Positions 18,802-27,782 of a stretch of 38,626 bases of DNA are shown here, in pieces. Under the pieces are notes generated by a model. It ran no database searches and was not told where the DNA came from. It worked only from the letters and a program-made list of their open reading frames with translations. The DNA comes from Candidatus Sulfobium sp. (GTDB lineage Bacteria; Nitrospirota; Thermodesulfovibrionia; Thermodesulfovibrionales; UBA6898). Each line of letters opens with the position of its first letter. The first letter of the stretch is position 1. Where the stretch lies: positions 30,120-68,745 of the forward strand of contig JARRRI010000051.1 of the NCBI GenBank assembly GCA_037380845.1, read 5' to 3'. The position numbers were made by a program, and so were the translations under genes.

Positions 18802-20382
18802 TTACCGGAACAGTCCGTAATCCGCATCGGGGAAGATGTTGTCCATCTCTTCGATGGCGGAAAGATATTCCTCGTTGATGCGGCCCTGCTCAACCGAATC
18901 AGCCAGGTAGCGGAACCTTGCAACATGGTCTTTCACCCGTCTGACAGCGTATTCCCTGGACGTGCCGTTATTAATGATGAAGGGCCAGTCGGAGCTCTGC
19001 GCCAGCAGCAGTTCCCTCAGACACTGATTGAGCGCCCGCTCTGTTATGTCAGGGACCCAGCCGCCTTTGTAGTGGCGTGCCAGGACTTCCAGTCGGTGCG
19101 TGCATTCGTGGAGCTGAGGGTAAATCCAGTCGGTCTTGCTGTTAAGCCATGCCTCAAAGTACCCTTTATGTCCCCAGGTAGAGGTGCAGGGGGTGCTGAG
19201 CTGATGGACCGGGTGTCGGTCAAGGTATTCCGACAGTGTCGTCAGTTCCAGGACATTCTGGTCGAATGCCGCCTTTCTTACTACAAAATCCAGCCACTGA
19301 GGTCCTTCGAACCACCAGTGGCCGAACAGCTCCGCGTCAAAAGGCGCAACGACCACCGGTGAAGTCTCCATGGCCGAAGAAAGATACTCGATATGAGCGA
19401 CCCTGTTATGAAGGAAATCGCCGGCGTGTTGTGCGGCCCGTTCCTTTGCCGCCTCGGGATAATATGGCTCTTTCCACTGGGTCGGACCGGTGATCCGGTG
19501 GTATTTTATGCCCGTATCGACCCTCACGTCCCCCGCAATGTACGGTCGTACATAATTGAAATCCAGGTCGTGGCCGATGTCCCGGTAGAACTCACGGTAG
19601 GAGGGGTCTCCCGGAAAGCCTTCCCGGGCCGACCAGACCTGCTTGGTGCTGCCCCTGTCGCGGCCGAAGGCAGCTACCGCGGAAGGGGTATAAACGGGGG
19701 CGTAAACGCCGTAAAGAGGGGCCGTGCCTGCATGTTCGAGGCCGTGGGATTCCAGAATAAAGAAACGCAACCCTTCTTCGCCGAGGACTTCGTCCAGACC
19801 GGGATAGTAGGCGCATTCAGGAAGCCATATCCCCTTTGGACGGAACCCGAAAACGCTCTCAAAATAAGCCAGACCGGTCGAAATCTGCGAAGTGACTGCT
19901 TTGGGCTGGGAGGCCAGTAGCGGAAGAAATCCGTGGGTCGCCGAAGTAGTGATGAGCTCGATCAGGCCGTATTCGTGAAATCTCCTGAAAGAAGAGGAGA
20001 GTCTGCCCCTGTTTCTCATGAATACCGCCTGCGCGTCGAGAAAGAGCTGCCGGTACATGCCGGCAAGATAATGGAAGTGGGCTTCGTTCCTTGTCCGTTC
20101 AAGCTCTCTTTCGCTCAGCTCGATCATGCGCGCAAGGTGTGCCTCGTACCTCTCACGCAGGAGAGGATCTTCCATCATCGAAAGGAGACTCGGGGAGATG
20201 GAGACCGTCAACCGGCAGAAGATATGCTCCTCGACCATACGGTCCAGCATCTTGATGACCGGTATGTAGGATTCGGTCAGTGCCTCGAAGAACCAGCGCT
20301 CTTCCAGAAATGAGTCATATTCGGGGTGGCGGACGTATGGAAGATGCGCGTGGAGAACGAAGGCCAGATATCCTTTAGGCAT
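18802..20382 (-). CDS. GH57 1,4-alpha-glucan branching enzyme (DUF1957 C-terminus)
   Basis: HAHLPYV, ESYIP, GIWLPECAY (nucleophile), APFDAELFGHWWFEG (acid/base) and AQSSDWPF. Confidence 0.93.
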   Translation of the reverse strand: MPKGYLAFVLHAHLPYVRHPEYDSFLEERWFFEALTESYIPVIKMLDRMVEEHIFCRLTVSISPSLLSMMEDPLLRERYEAHLARMIELSERELERTRNEAHFHYLAGMYRQLFLDAQAVFMRNRGRLSSSFRRFHEYGLIELITTSATHGFLPLLASQPKAVTSQISTGLAYFESVFGFRPKGIWLPECAYYPGLDEVLGEEGLRFFILESHGLEHAGTAPLYGVYAPVYTPSAVAAFGRDRGSTKQVWSAREGFPGDPSYREFYRDIGHDLDFNYVRPYIAGDVRVDTGIKYHRITGPTQWKEPYYPEAAKERAAQHAGDFLHNRVAHIEYLSSAMETSPVVVAPFDAELFGHWWFEGPQWLDFVVRKAAFDQNVLELTTLSEYLDRHPVHQLSTPCTSTWGHKGYFEAWLNSKTDWIYPQLHECTHRLEVLARHYKGGWVPDITERALNQCLRELLLAQSSDWPFIINNGTSREYAVRRVKDHVARFRYLADSVEQGRINEEYLSAIEEMDNIFPDADYGLFR

Positions 20383-22063
20383 ATCCTTCTCCCGCCGGGC
20401 CCTTCAGCACCATTTCATAACATGTATAATGCTGGGCCGCGATATTTTCGATGGAGGGAGAATCTCCCGCCATCCTCTTTGCAGCCAGCCTGAACATGCT
20501 TTCCTTCAAAGGATTGAAAAGCATTTCCTGTATGCCCCATACAATGGAGCCAGGATTATCAAAAGTGATCAAACCATTTTTCCCGTGGGACACGCAGTTA
20601 ATCCCGGCCTGATGAGTTGTGAGAACGGGTCTGCCTGTGTGAATGGCCGTCTGGGCGAGCCCTTCATCCTGCCAGGTCCGCGCCGGTATTACGACGAAAT
20701 CAGAGGCGTCAAGCAGGGACTGAAAGGTCTCATGGGACACGTCACCAAGGAACCGGCACCGGTGGCCGATGCCCGCGTGCCTCACCCTGGCCTCCAGTTC
20801 GCCCCTGAGCGGACCGTCCCCGGCGAAAACGAAGTGAGCAGTATGGTGGTTGCGGCAGACAGTCGGGAGTGCATCGACCAGAAGGTCCGCTCCTGCGGCG
20901 TGGGAAACCTCTCCCGCAAAGAGTACCATGGGAATGTCCTGTCCCAGCCCCAGCCGTCTCTTCATGTCCGGCACCGCCGGGGTTCCGTGCCGTTTCTCCT
21001 GGATGACATCAGGTATGATAACGACACGCCCGGGAGCGGCGCCGTAAAGATCTATAACCTGCTCCCTGGTAGAAGAATGCGGGACTATTACCAGAGAAGC
21101 CCCTTGGACACCCTTTTTTTCTTCATCACAGATGGCGGATGAAATAGCGTCCATCTCCCTGCCCTGTGTTCGTTCGTGCTCCGTAGAATGGAGAGAAAGT
21201 ACAAAAGGGACGTTCAGTGTCCGGGAGGCGTCCAGCCCCGCCATTGAAGAATACCAGTCGTGGCAATGAATCAGATGAAACGGTCTCTGCATGTGAGCCG
21301 CAGTAATTTCTTCCCGTATCTGTTTCGCGAGGACTTTTACCTGCCTCGGGATGAGTTCTGCTGCGACACGTCGTTTGTCCTCTCCGGGGCGGGTAAAGAA
21401 GCGGACGTCGCAGCCGAATTTTTCGACCTTCAGGGAAAAGCTGTCGACAAAAGAGCCGAGAGGATTCTCAGAGTCCCCGAGGAAAACGACGGCCGTGGAA
21501 AGCGCTCCCTCTCTTTTGACTTCCCGCAGTTCCCGGTTCATCTTTTCATAAACGGGGGCGTCAAAAACGTTTTCCACACTGAAGGTCTTCTTTTGGGGCC
21601 CTCCGACAAATAATCCGTTGACCTGGTAGTTATCCGAAGGCCTGTCCCTGTCGAAATACACAACACCTGAGCGGGCCAGAGCGGCAAAGTAGCCGTCCTT
21701 CCTGCGAAGGCCGACTTCAGCAAGGTAGTTCCTGGCCGGGTGGTTTACACCGAAATAATAATTGCCAGCCGGTCCTCCCGTGTCCAGGTCAAAGAAGGTG
21801 TGGGCATTTAAGCCGTCGAAAATAATATCCGTCACATCATAAACCCGAACAATAAGGGGAGCACCGCGAAACGTATCTCCACGGCTTGATGCCAGGTTTT
21901 TCAGGGACGCCTTCCGAAGGTTCCAGTGAACATGGCCCAGCCGGGGGTGGACCATGGAGAGCGACAGATAATCCGAGGAAAGCGGGATCGGGAAGATGCG
22001 GCCCGTTTCCCAGGCAATCTGTCTCAACTGTTCCTGCGAGAGTTTCTCTTTCCGCTTCTTCAA
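20375..22063 (-). CDS. DUF4912-like domain fused to a GT4-like (GT-B) domain lacking catalytic motifs
   Basis: N-terminal VHPR..HVHW, VRVYDVTDIIFDGLNAHTFFD and YLAEVG; C-terminal IHCHDW, LHSTE and FAGDGPLR. Overlaps the GH57 start by 8 bp. Confidence 0.85.
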   Translation of the reverse strand: MKKRKEKLSQEQLRQIAWETGRIFPIPLSSDYLSLSMVHPRLGHVHWNLRKASLKNLASSRGDTFRGAPLIVRVYDVTDIIFDGLNAHTFFDLDTGGPAGNYYFGVNHPARNYLAEVGLRRKDGYFAALARSGVVYFDRDRPSDNYQVNGLFVGGPQKKTFSVENVFDAPVYEKMNRELREVKREGALSTAVVFLGDSENPLGSFVDSFSLKVEKFGCDVRFFTRPGEDKRRVAAELIPRQVKVLAKQIREEITAAHMQRPFHLIHCHDWYSSMAGLDASRTLNVPFVLSLHSTEHERTQGREMDAISSAICDEEKKGVQGASLVIVPHSSTREQVIDLYGAAPGRVVIIPDVIQEKRHGTPAVPDMKRRLGLGQDIPMVLFAGEVSHAAGADLLVDALPTVCRNHHTAHFVFAGDGPLRGELEARVRHAGIGHRCRFLGDVSHETFQSLLDASDFVVIPARTWQDEGLAQTAIHTGRPVLTTHQAGINCVSHGKNGLITFDNPGSIVWGIQEMLFNPLKESMFRLAAKRMAGDSPSIENIAAQHYTCYEMVLKGPAGEGYA

Positions 22064-22252
22064 ATTATCCCCGCCGGAACTTTCGGTTTAAAAACTCAGT
22101 GATTTCGTAGCGACCTGTATTACGCATCAGGAGAAAATATATTCCGGTCCGTATCGTACAAATACTATCACAAAGCCCTTGCTTTCTCAATCGGTATAAG
22201 GGCGGCTACCCGTTCTACAAGGCCGGTAAGAAGAACGACCACTTCCCGCTTG

Positions 22253-22280
22253 TTGACATTTTCCGACTCTGCTATATACT
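22253..22280 (+). promoter_or_regulatory. Candidate sigma70 promoter of the HPF-CSD gene
   Basis: TTGACA, 16-bp spacer, TATACT, about 140 bp upstream of the ATG at 22422. Confidence 0.55.
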
Positions 22281-22421
22281 GAAAGTGAGAGTGAGAAAAC
22301 CTATTGTTTCCCTTAATCCGGCAGTCCTTGATCCGGTCCAGCATCCGGCCTATCCGGCTACTCAAACACATTATATGGCCTCCCGGCCGGGAAAATTAAT
22401 GAACCACATGAGAGGTGACTT

Positions 22422-23045
22422 ATGCAAGTTCCACTGGAGATAACTTTTCGGGACGTCCGAAAGACTGAGACCATAGAAAAACTTATCCGCGAAAAGGTGG
22501 CTAAGCTGGAGAAGATTTGTGATTACATGGTCAGCTGCCGGATCGCGGTAGAAATGTCGCAGCATAATCAGCAGACTGGCAACCCCTTTCGGGTCCGCAT
22601 AACATTGAGGGTGCCGCCGGGGCACGAACTGGTGATAAAACGCGAATCCAGCCAGGGGAATATAAACGGTACCCTTCCGCAGACACTGAGGGAAGCCTTC
22701 AGTGCGGCAGCCCGCCAGCTGAAGGAGTTGGTGAAAAAGCAGCGCGCCGAGGTCAAAACGCATCCCGTTCAGGAACAGGTGGCTTTTGTGTACAAGATCC
22801 TTCGAAAAGAAGGATACGGTTTTATAAAGACCGAGGACGGAAGGGAGATTTACTTTCACCGCAACAGTGTCCTTGGTGACGGTTTCGACCGGCTGGAGAT
22901 CGGCACCGGTGTGAGGTTCGTCGAAGAAACAGGGGCCAAGGGGCCACAGGCGAGCACTGTGCAAATCGTCGATAAGCCGGGGGGAAGTCGTATGAAATCA
23001 GTCGAAAAAAGCGCTGCAGAGCCCCCGCTGGGTTGGCGGGAGTGA
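22422..23045 (+). CDS. HPF/RaiA ribosome-associated domain fused to a cold-shock domain
   Basis: MQVPLEITFR...IREKVAKLEK...VPPGHELV...EAFSAAARQL, followed by GYGFIKTEDGREIYFHRNSV...GPQAS (RNP1/RNP2-like). Confidence 0.9.
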   Translation: MQVPLEITFRDVRKTETIEKLIREKVAKLEKICDYMVSCRIAVEMSQHNQQTGNPFRVRITLRVPPGHELVIKRESSQGNINGTLPQTLREAFSAAARQLKELVKKQRAEVKTHPVQEQVAFVYKILRKEGYGFIKTEDGREIYFHRNSVLGDGFDRLEIGTGVRFVEETGAKGPQASTVQIVDKPGGSRMKSVEKSAAEPPLGWRE

Positions 23046-23158
23046 CGTGTGAAGTCAGGAAAGAGTGCAGGTTCTCCGTGCAGGAGCGGCAGCCGGAAGC
23101 GGCGGCGCATATGTGGGGCCGCCGCGCGGTTGGGCCGGCAGCGGAAGAGTGTACGGTT

Positions 23159-23542
23159 TTACCTTGCGTCCTGGCCGTGGTACTGCCTGATCATACAGCC
23201 GATTGAACTCATGAGCCATTTATAGTCGTAGAGCTGCTTGAATTCAAAAGACACGCTTATGTAAGTACACGCCTCTTTGATCTGATAATTCCTGGGTAAT
23301 ATAACCAGCGGCCCCCTGTCATCCATGTGAGGTGTAAGGAATTCGGTGCCCCTTACGTCGAGTACGCTGCTGTCGAAAATAAACGCGTCAGAATGCTGTT
23401 GTCTTATTACGTCCACGGCTTCCAGGAGGTCGGGGGCGCTGCCTACCGTATCAACGTTTACGAGGGCTGACAGTAGCGGCAGTAATTTATCTTCCTTCAA
23501 CGAAGAATCATTGAATATGAAGTAAGCCTTCAAGGAATTCAT
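23159..23542 (-). CDS. Degenerate stand-alone receiver (REC)-like protein
   Basis: VGSAPDLLEAVDVIRQQHSDAFIFD...G.EFL resembles the beta2-beta3 region of NarL-type receivers. The conserved Thr and Lys are not recognisable. Confidence 0.5.
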   Translation of the reverse strand: MNSLKAYFIFNDSSLKEDKLLPLLSALVNVDTVGSAPDLLEAVDVIRQQHSDAFIFDSSVLDVRGTEFLTPHMDDRGPLVILPRNYQIKEACTYISVSFEFKQLYDYKWLMSSIGCMIRQYHGQDAR

Positions 23543-23623
23543 CTTCTGCTATGCACGGCCTCCGGGGTGTTCGGGTTTGCGGAGCACTCCTTTTTAGTTT
23601 AACGGTTCCGGGGGCGGCCGGCT

Positions 23624-23685
23624 ATAGGACTATGCCGTTTCGGATGTAGGATTCCCTCCTTTTTTCATGTAGGATTTATCTGACA
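23624..23685. promoter_or_regulatory. Three phased TAGGA boxes (candidate LuxR/NarL-family operator)
   Basis: TAGGA at 23625, 23647 and 23670; the last forms the imperfect palindrome TGTAGGATTTATCTGACA. Confidence 0.4.
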
Positions 23686-23715
23686 ATGTCCGCCCTCCCT
23701 GTCGGCGCAGAGCGC

Positions 23716-23743
23716 TTGACAGTCTGCAGATTTATAGTAAACT
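23716..23743 (+). promoter_or_regulatory. Candidate sigma70 promoter of the CBM48 gene
   Basis: TTGACA, 16-bp spacer, TAAACT. Confidence 0.4.
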
Positions 23744-23823
23744 GGAACCTAGCAGTGAACTGATCCGCACGTCCCTGCAGAGCGCAATTTTTTAAAAAAG
23801 ATCGAATGATCAAGGAGAGCAGG

Positions 23824-24018
23824 ATGGAAAAAAGGAAACCGCGCTCGCTGCCGATGGAGAAGAGTAATGGCGGAGAGTGGCAGGCCGAGATCGATCTCGC
23901 TCCGGGCCGGTATGAATACAACTTTTATGTAGACGGGGCATGGGTGCAGGACCCGGCATGCAATGAAAGGGTAGTGAACCCTTTCGGCACTCAAAATTGT
24001 ATTGTCCAGGTCGGCTGA
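23824..24018 (+). pseudogene. CBM48/AMPK-beta-like glycogen-binding protein lacking its N-terminal strands (in-frame)
   Basis: LPMEK..GEWQAEIDLAPGRYEYNFYVDGAWVQDP...NPFG..N is present, but the AxxVxLAGxFNxW segment is absent. AAGGAG RBS precedes the ATG at 23824. Confidence 0.7.
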
Positions 24019-24208
24019 TATGTCTTCAGTAATAGTCGCCTGGCTTCCGATGTCATAACGAATTGCTGTAACAGGTTCTTCGTGCTGCTTCCGGGGCCTG
24101 GGCGGCATTTTCACAATTGTAAGTAAAGCTTTTCAAAAAGAGACCATCAGAACACCGCCAGAAAGGCCTGTAATGGCGGCATGATCCCACAAAAGGAGGA
24201 AGAAAGCG

Positions 24209-24604
24209 ATGAAAAAACTGGGCGAACTGTTTCAGACGAGTGACTGGAAGACGGAAAAACATGTGCCTCTTATAGAATGTCCCGATTCCGTGAAGGGCGG
24301 GGAGATGTTCGATATAACCGTCACGGTGGGGAAAGAAGTGGCACATCCCAATACTACGGAGCATCATATACGCTGGATACAGGTCTTTTTCCAGCCGGAG
24401 GGCGAGAAGTCGACCTATCAGCTTGCTAACTGTGAGTTCACGGCCCACGGTGAGGCGGTCAAGGGCCCCAACGAAGGCCCGGCTTATACCAACCATTCGG
24501 CGTCTATCAAGGTCAAGCTCTCTAAACCGGGCGTTTTGCACGCCCTCAGCCTGTGCAACATACACGGCTTGTGGGAAAACAGCAAGGACATTAAGGTCAC
24601 ATGA
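24209..24604 (+). CDS. Superoxide reductase-like protein (1Fe, neelaredoxin / class II SORL)
   Basis: EKHVP, HPNTTEHHIRWI and CNIHGLWE iron ligands, with an AGGAGG RBS. Confidence 0.92.
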   Translation: MKKLGELFQTSDWKTEKHVPLIECPDSVKGGEMFDITVTVGKEVAHPNTTEHHIRWIQVFFQPEGEKSTYQLANCEFTAHGEAVKGPNEGPAYTNHSASIKVKLSKPGVLHALSLCNIHGLWENSKDIKVT

Positions 24605-24693
24605 GAACTGAACGGGCTGAGCTGAGGGGAGACGTCTCAGGTCTGCGGCTCCCCCGCAGCGCCTGAGTCTGCTGAATTCCCGGTCTGAAAGTC

Positions 24694-25485
24694 ATGCCGG
24701 AACTGCCGGATGTAGAAGTCTTCTCGACCTATATCAAGTCTACGGCGTTGCACAAGAAAATTTCGGGGGTGGAGGTCAACACCCAAAAAGTACTTTCCGG
24801 TATATCCCGGGGACGGCTGAAGAACGCACTAAGGGGAAGTTCTCTCGAAGACGCGAGGCGGCACGGCAAGTACCTCTTCGTGAGTCTGGACAATGGCATG
24901 TGGCTGTTCCTGCATTTCGGCATGACCGGGCGTCTTCGCTATTTCAAGGACGGAAATAAGGAAACCGGCCATGACCGCCTCCTTTTCCGTTTTACCAACG
25001 GGTATCATCTTGCCTATGAGAGCCAGCGTATGCTTGGAAAAGTCGGCCTGGTGGAGGACCCGGATTCCTTCATCGGGAAAAAGGGGCTGGGTCCCGATGC
25101 TTTTCAGCTCGATTTCACGCGTTTCAATCGGATTCTAGATGACAGGAGGGCTTCGATAAAGTCACTTTTGATGAACCAGAAAGTTATCGCGGGAATCGGA
25201 AATATATACTCGGATGAAATTCTTTTCCATGCCGGTATACATCCCGCGAGCAGAACCGGCGGCCTGGACAGGCCGAAAAGAAAAGAAGTCTTCCGCAGCA
25301 TGGTCAGCGTATTGACGACAGCGGTAAAGTGCAAGGCGAACCCCGATAAATTTCCCAGGTCGTTTCTCCTGCCGAAGAGAAGAGAAGGGGAAAAGTGCCC
25401 TCACTGCAGTGGCGATATAGACAGAAGCAGAATCGCAGGACGTTCCTCTTACTACTGCCCTTCATGTCAGAAGAGATACGATTAG
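24694..25485 (+). CDS. Fpg/Nei family DNA glycosylase/AP lyase
   Basis: MPELPDV, RHGKYL, HFGMTG, LGPD, H2TH AGIGNIYSDEILF and zinc finger CPHC...CPSCQ. Confidence 0.93.
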   Translation: MPELPDVEVFSTYIKSTALHKKISGVEVNTQKVLSGISRGRLKNALRGSSLEDARRHGKYLFVSLDNGMWLFLHFGMTGRLRYFKDGNKETGHDRLLFRFTNGYHLAYESQRMLGKVGLVEDPDSFIGKKGLGPDAFQLDFTRFNRILDDRRASIKSLLMNQKVIAGIGNIYSDEILFHAGIHPASRTGGLDRPKRKEVFRSMVSVLTTAVKCKANPDKFPRSFLLPKRREGEKCPHCSGDIDRSRIAGRSSYYCPSCQKRYD

Positions 25486-25589
25486 CTTTGTGAAACTCAG
25501 AAAGAAACTATTACCGGCTTCTCAACTTTGATTGGCGGAAAGGGTATTTTGTAATAAAATTGATGTAAAGAACCGACGGAGGACCTTAA

Positions 25590-26630
25590 GTGGCGGCCAG
25601 CGAAATACGGCAGGACAAGGTAACGAAGCGGTGGGTCATCTATTCTCCGGCTAGAAGGAAGAGGCCCAAAGACTTCCGGAAGAAGGAGTCGGAACGCCGT
25701 AACTTGCCGGTTCACGACAAGACATGCCCTTTCTGCCCGGGGCAGGACGAATATATCCCGCCTCTTATCATGGAGGAGGGGAAAGGAGAACAGTGGCAGG
25801 TGAGGGTGATACCCAATAAATTCCCCGCCCTGACACCGGAAGGAGACCTTTCCCGGTTCAACAGGGGCATCTATCTGGCGATGGAGGGATACGGCCATCA
25901 CGAGGTGGTTATTGAGACGCCGCTGCACAACCGGCAAATGGGCGTGATGACCAAGAGGGAAATAGGGGTTGTCATAGAAACGTACCATAAAAGATACTGC
26001 GATCTGATGAACAAGGACGAAAACATGATGATCACCATTTTTCGCAACCATGGTGCAAGGGCCGGTACTTCCCTTCTTCATCCTCATTCACAGATTATAG
26101 CGACCGGCATGGTGCCCCATTATGTGCGCTGGCGTGAGGAAGAGGCGCAGCACTATTTCGACGAATGGGGACGCTGTGTCTATTGCGACATCCTGGAACA
26201 GGAAATGCGGGACGGTTCGCGCATAGTTTACGAGAACAGGTCGTTTGTATCATTTGTACCCTTTGCCGCCCAGGTCCCGTTCGAGACGTGGGTTATCCCG
26301 AGAAGGCACAAGGCTGATTTCGGAGACATATCTGACGAAGAAAAAGGGGACCTTTCGTCTGCACTCAGGGATATCCTGGGAAGGCTGCACACCCGTACGC
26401 ACGACCCCGACTACAATTTCATCATCAACACATCGGTAAGGTACAGGTCCCGCGAACCCCAATTGCACTGGTACCTGCAGATCCGACCGAGGCTGATGAC
26501 CATGGCCGGTTTCGAAATCGGCTCGGGGATGAGCATAAATACCTCGATCCCCGAAGAAGATGCGGAATTCCTGAGGTCGGAGCGGTCTCCCGGGGGCGGG
26601 TGGGACGAGGATCCTCCCGGAAAGGAATGA
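25590..26630 (+). CDS. galT: GalT-family hexose-1-phosphate nucleotidyltransferase
   Basis: RRKRP, CPFCPG, PNKFPAL, HEVVIE, FRNHGARAGTSLLHPHSQ (HxH) and AGFEIG, with a GGAGG RBS and GTG start. Confidence 0.88.
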   Translation: MAASEIRQDKVTKRWVIYSPARRKRPKDFRKKESERRNLPVHDKTCPFCPGQDEYIPPLIMEEGKGEQWQVRVIPNKFPALTPEGDLSRFNRGIYLAMEGYGHHEVVIETPLHNRQMGVMTKREIGVVIETYHKRYCDLMNKDENMMITIFRNHGARAGTSLLHPHSQIIATGMVPHYVRWREEEAQHYFDEWGRCVYCDILEQEMRDGSRIVYENRSFVSFVPFAAQVPFETWVIPRRHKADFGDISDEEKGDLSSALRDILGRLHTRTHDPDYNFIINTSVRYRSREPQLHWYLQIRPRLMTMAGFEIGSGMSINTSIPEEDAEFLRSERSPGGGWDEDPPGKE

Positions 26631-27773
26631 TAATGGAGAGACGATACGGTATTACGAAGGTTGAAGATTACGAAGAGTATGTGGGGACTGAGGCGATAGA
26701 CCGCATACTCGGGAAAGCCAAAAAACTGGGGGACCTGCACGTCGTCAATATCAACTCTACCTATTACGGGGGCGGCGTGGCGGAGATACTTTCTTCAATC
26801 TCTCTCATCCTGAACAGTGCCGGCATCAAGACGGGATGGCGGGTGATCCAGGGGTCACCCGATAGACGTGATTTATGAGAATGCGGTGAGGAACCATCTG
26901 GAACATGATATTGTTATAGTCCACGACCCGCAGCCTTTATTCATGGTGGATCACTACAGAAAGAGGGGGCCCTGGATCTGGCGCTGCCATCTGGACCTGT
27001 CGAGGCCCCACAGGAAACTCTGGAACCATATCGCACCTCACATCGAAAAATACGATGCGGCGATATTTACGTTAAAGGAATTTTCCCAGAAGCTGAAGAC
27101 GCCGCAGATTTTCTTCATGCCCGCCATCAATCCGTTCTCGATCAAGAACCGGGAGATGAGCGAGGAAGACATTGAGGAGCGTCTGGAAAACTATGATATC
27201 CCGACCGACCTTCCCCTGGTGGTCCAGATTTCGAGGTTCGACAAGTGGAAGGACCCGGAGGGCGTTATTGAGGCTTTCAAGATAGCGAGAAAACAAGTAG
27301 ACTGCACCCTTGTACTCCTGGGAAACGTCGCGACGGATGATCCGGAGGGCAGCCGGGTTTACGACTCGCTCATCGGCCAGAGGGAGGAGCGCATTATCAT
27401 ACTGAGCCATCAGGACACGGCCCTCGTCAACGCCTTACAGAGAAGGGCCGCCGTGGTTCTGCAGAAATCGATCCGTGAAGGCTTCGGCCTTACTGTAGCC
27501 GAGGCCATGTTCAAGGGTGCAGCGGTGATAGGCGGAGACGCAGGCGGGATTCGCCATCAGATACAGGACGGGGTCAACGGTTTCCTGGTTTCTTCCGTAA
27601 AGGAGGCGGCGGAGAGAATCGTCCAACTGCTCAAAGATGAAAAACTGAAAAAAAGGATGGGGGATAAGGCCCGGAAAAGCGTCAGGAAGAATTTCCTCCT
27701 TACCCGGCTTCTCGAGCAGTATCTGGATCTGTTCGGCTCCTTTGAAACCTGTTATTTGCTTCGGAAAAAATAA
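26627..27773 (+). pseudogene. treT: Trehalose glycosyltransferring synthase (GT4), split by a frameshifting deletion near 26863 (as assembled)
   Basis: First frame: NINSTYYGGGVAEIL...WRVIQGSPD. Second frame: VHDPQP, WRCHLD, QISRFDKWKDP and QKSIREGFGLTVAEA. The FFxxTKxxHNALQG segment is missing. Confidence 0.85.
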
Positions 27774-27782
27774 AGCGGTCCC

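Noticed and set aside
24636..24667. GC-rich hairpin between the SOR and Fpg genes as a terminator
   Set aside because: The stem is present (CTCAGG/CCTGAG, CTGCGG/CCGCAG) but no U-tract follows, so function cannot be supported.
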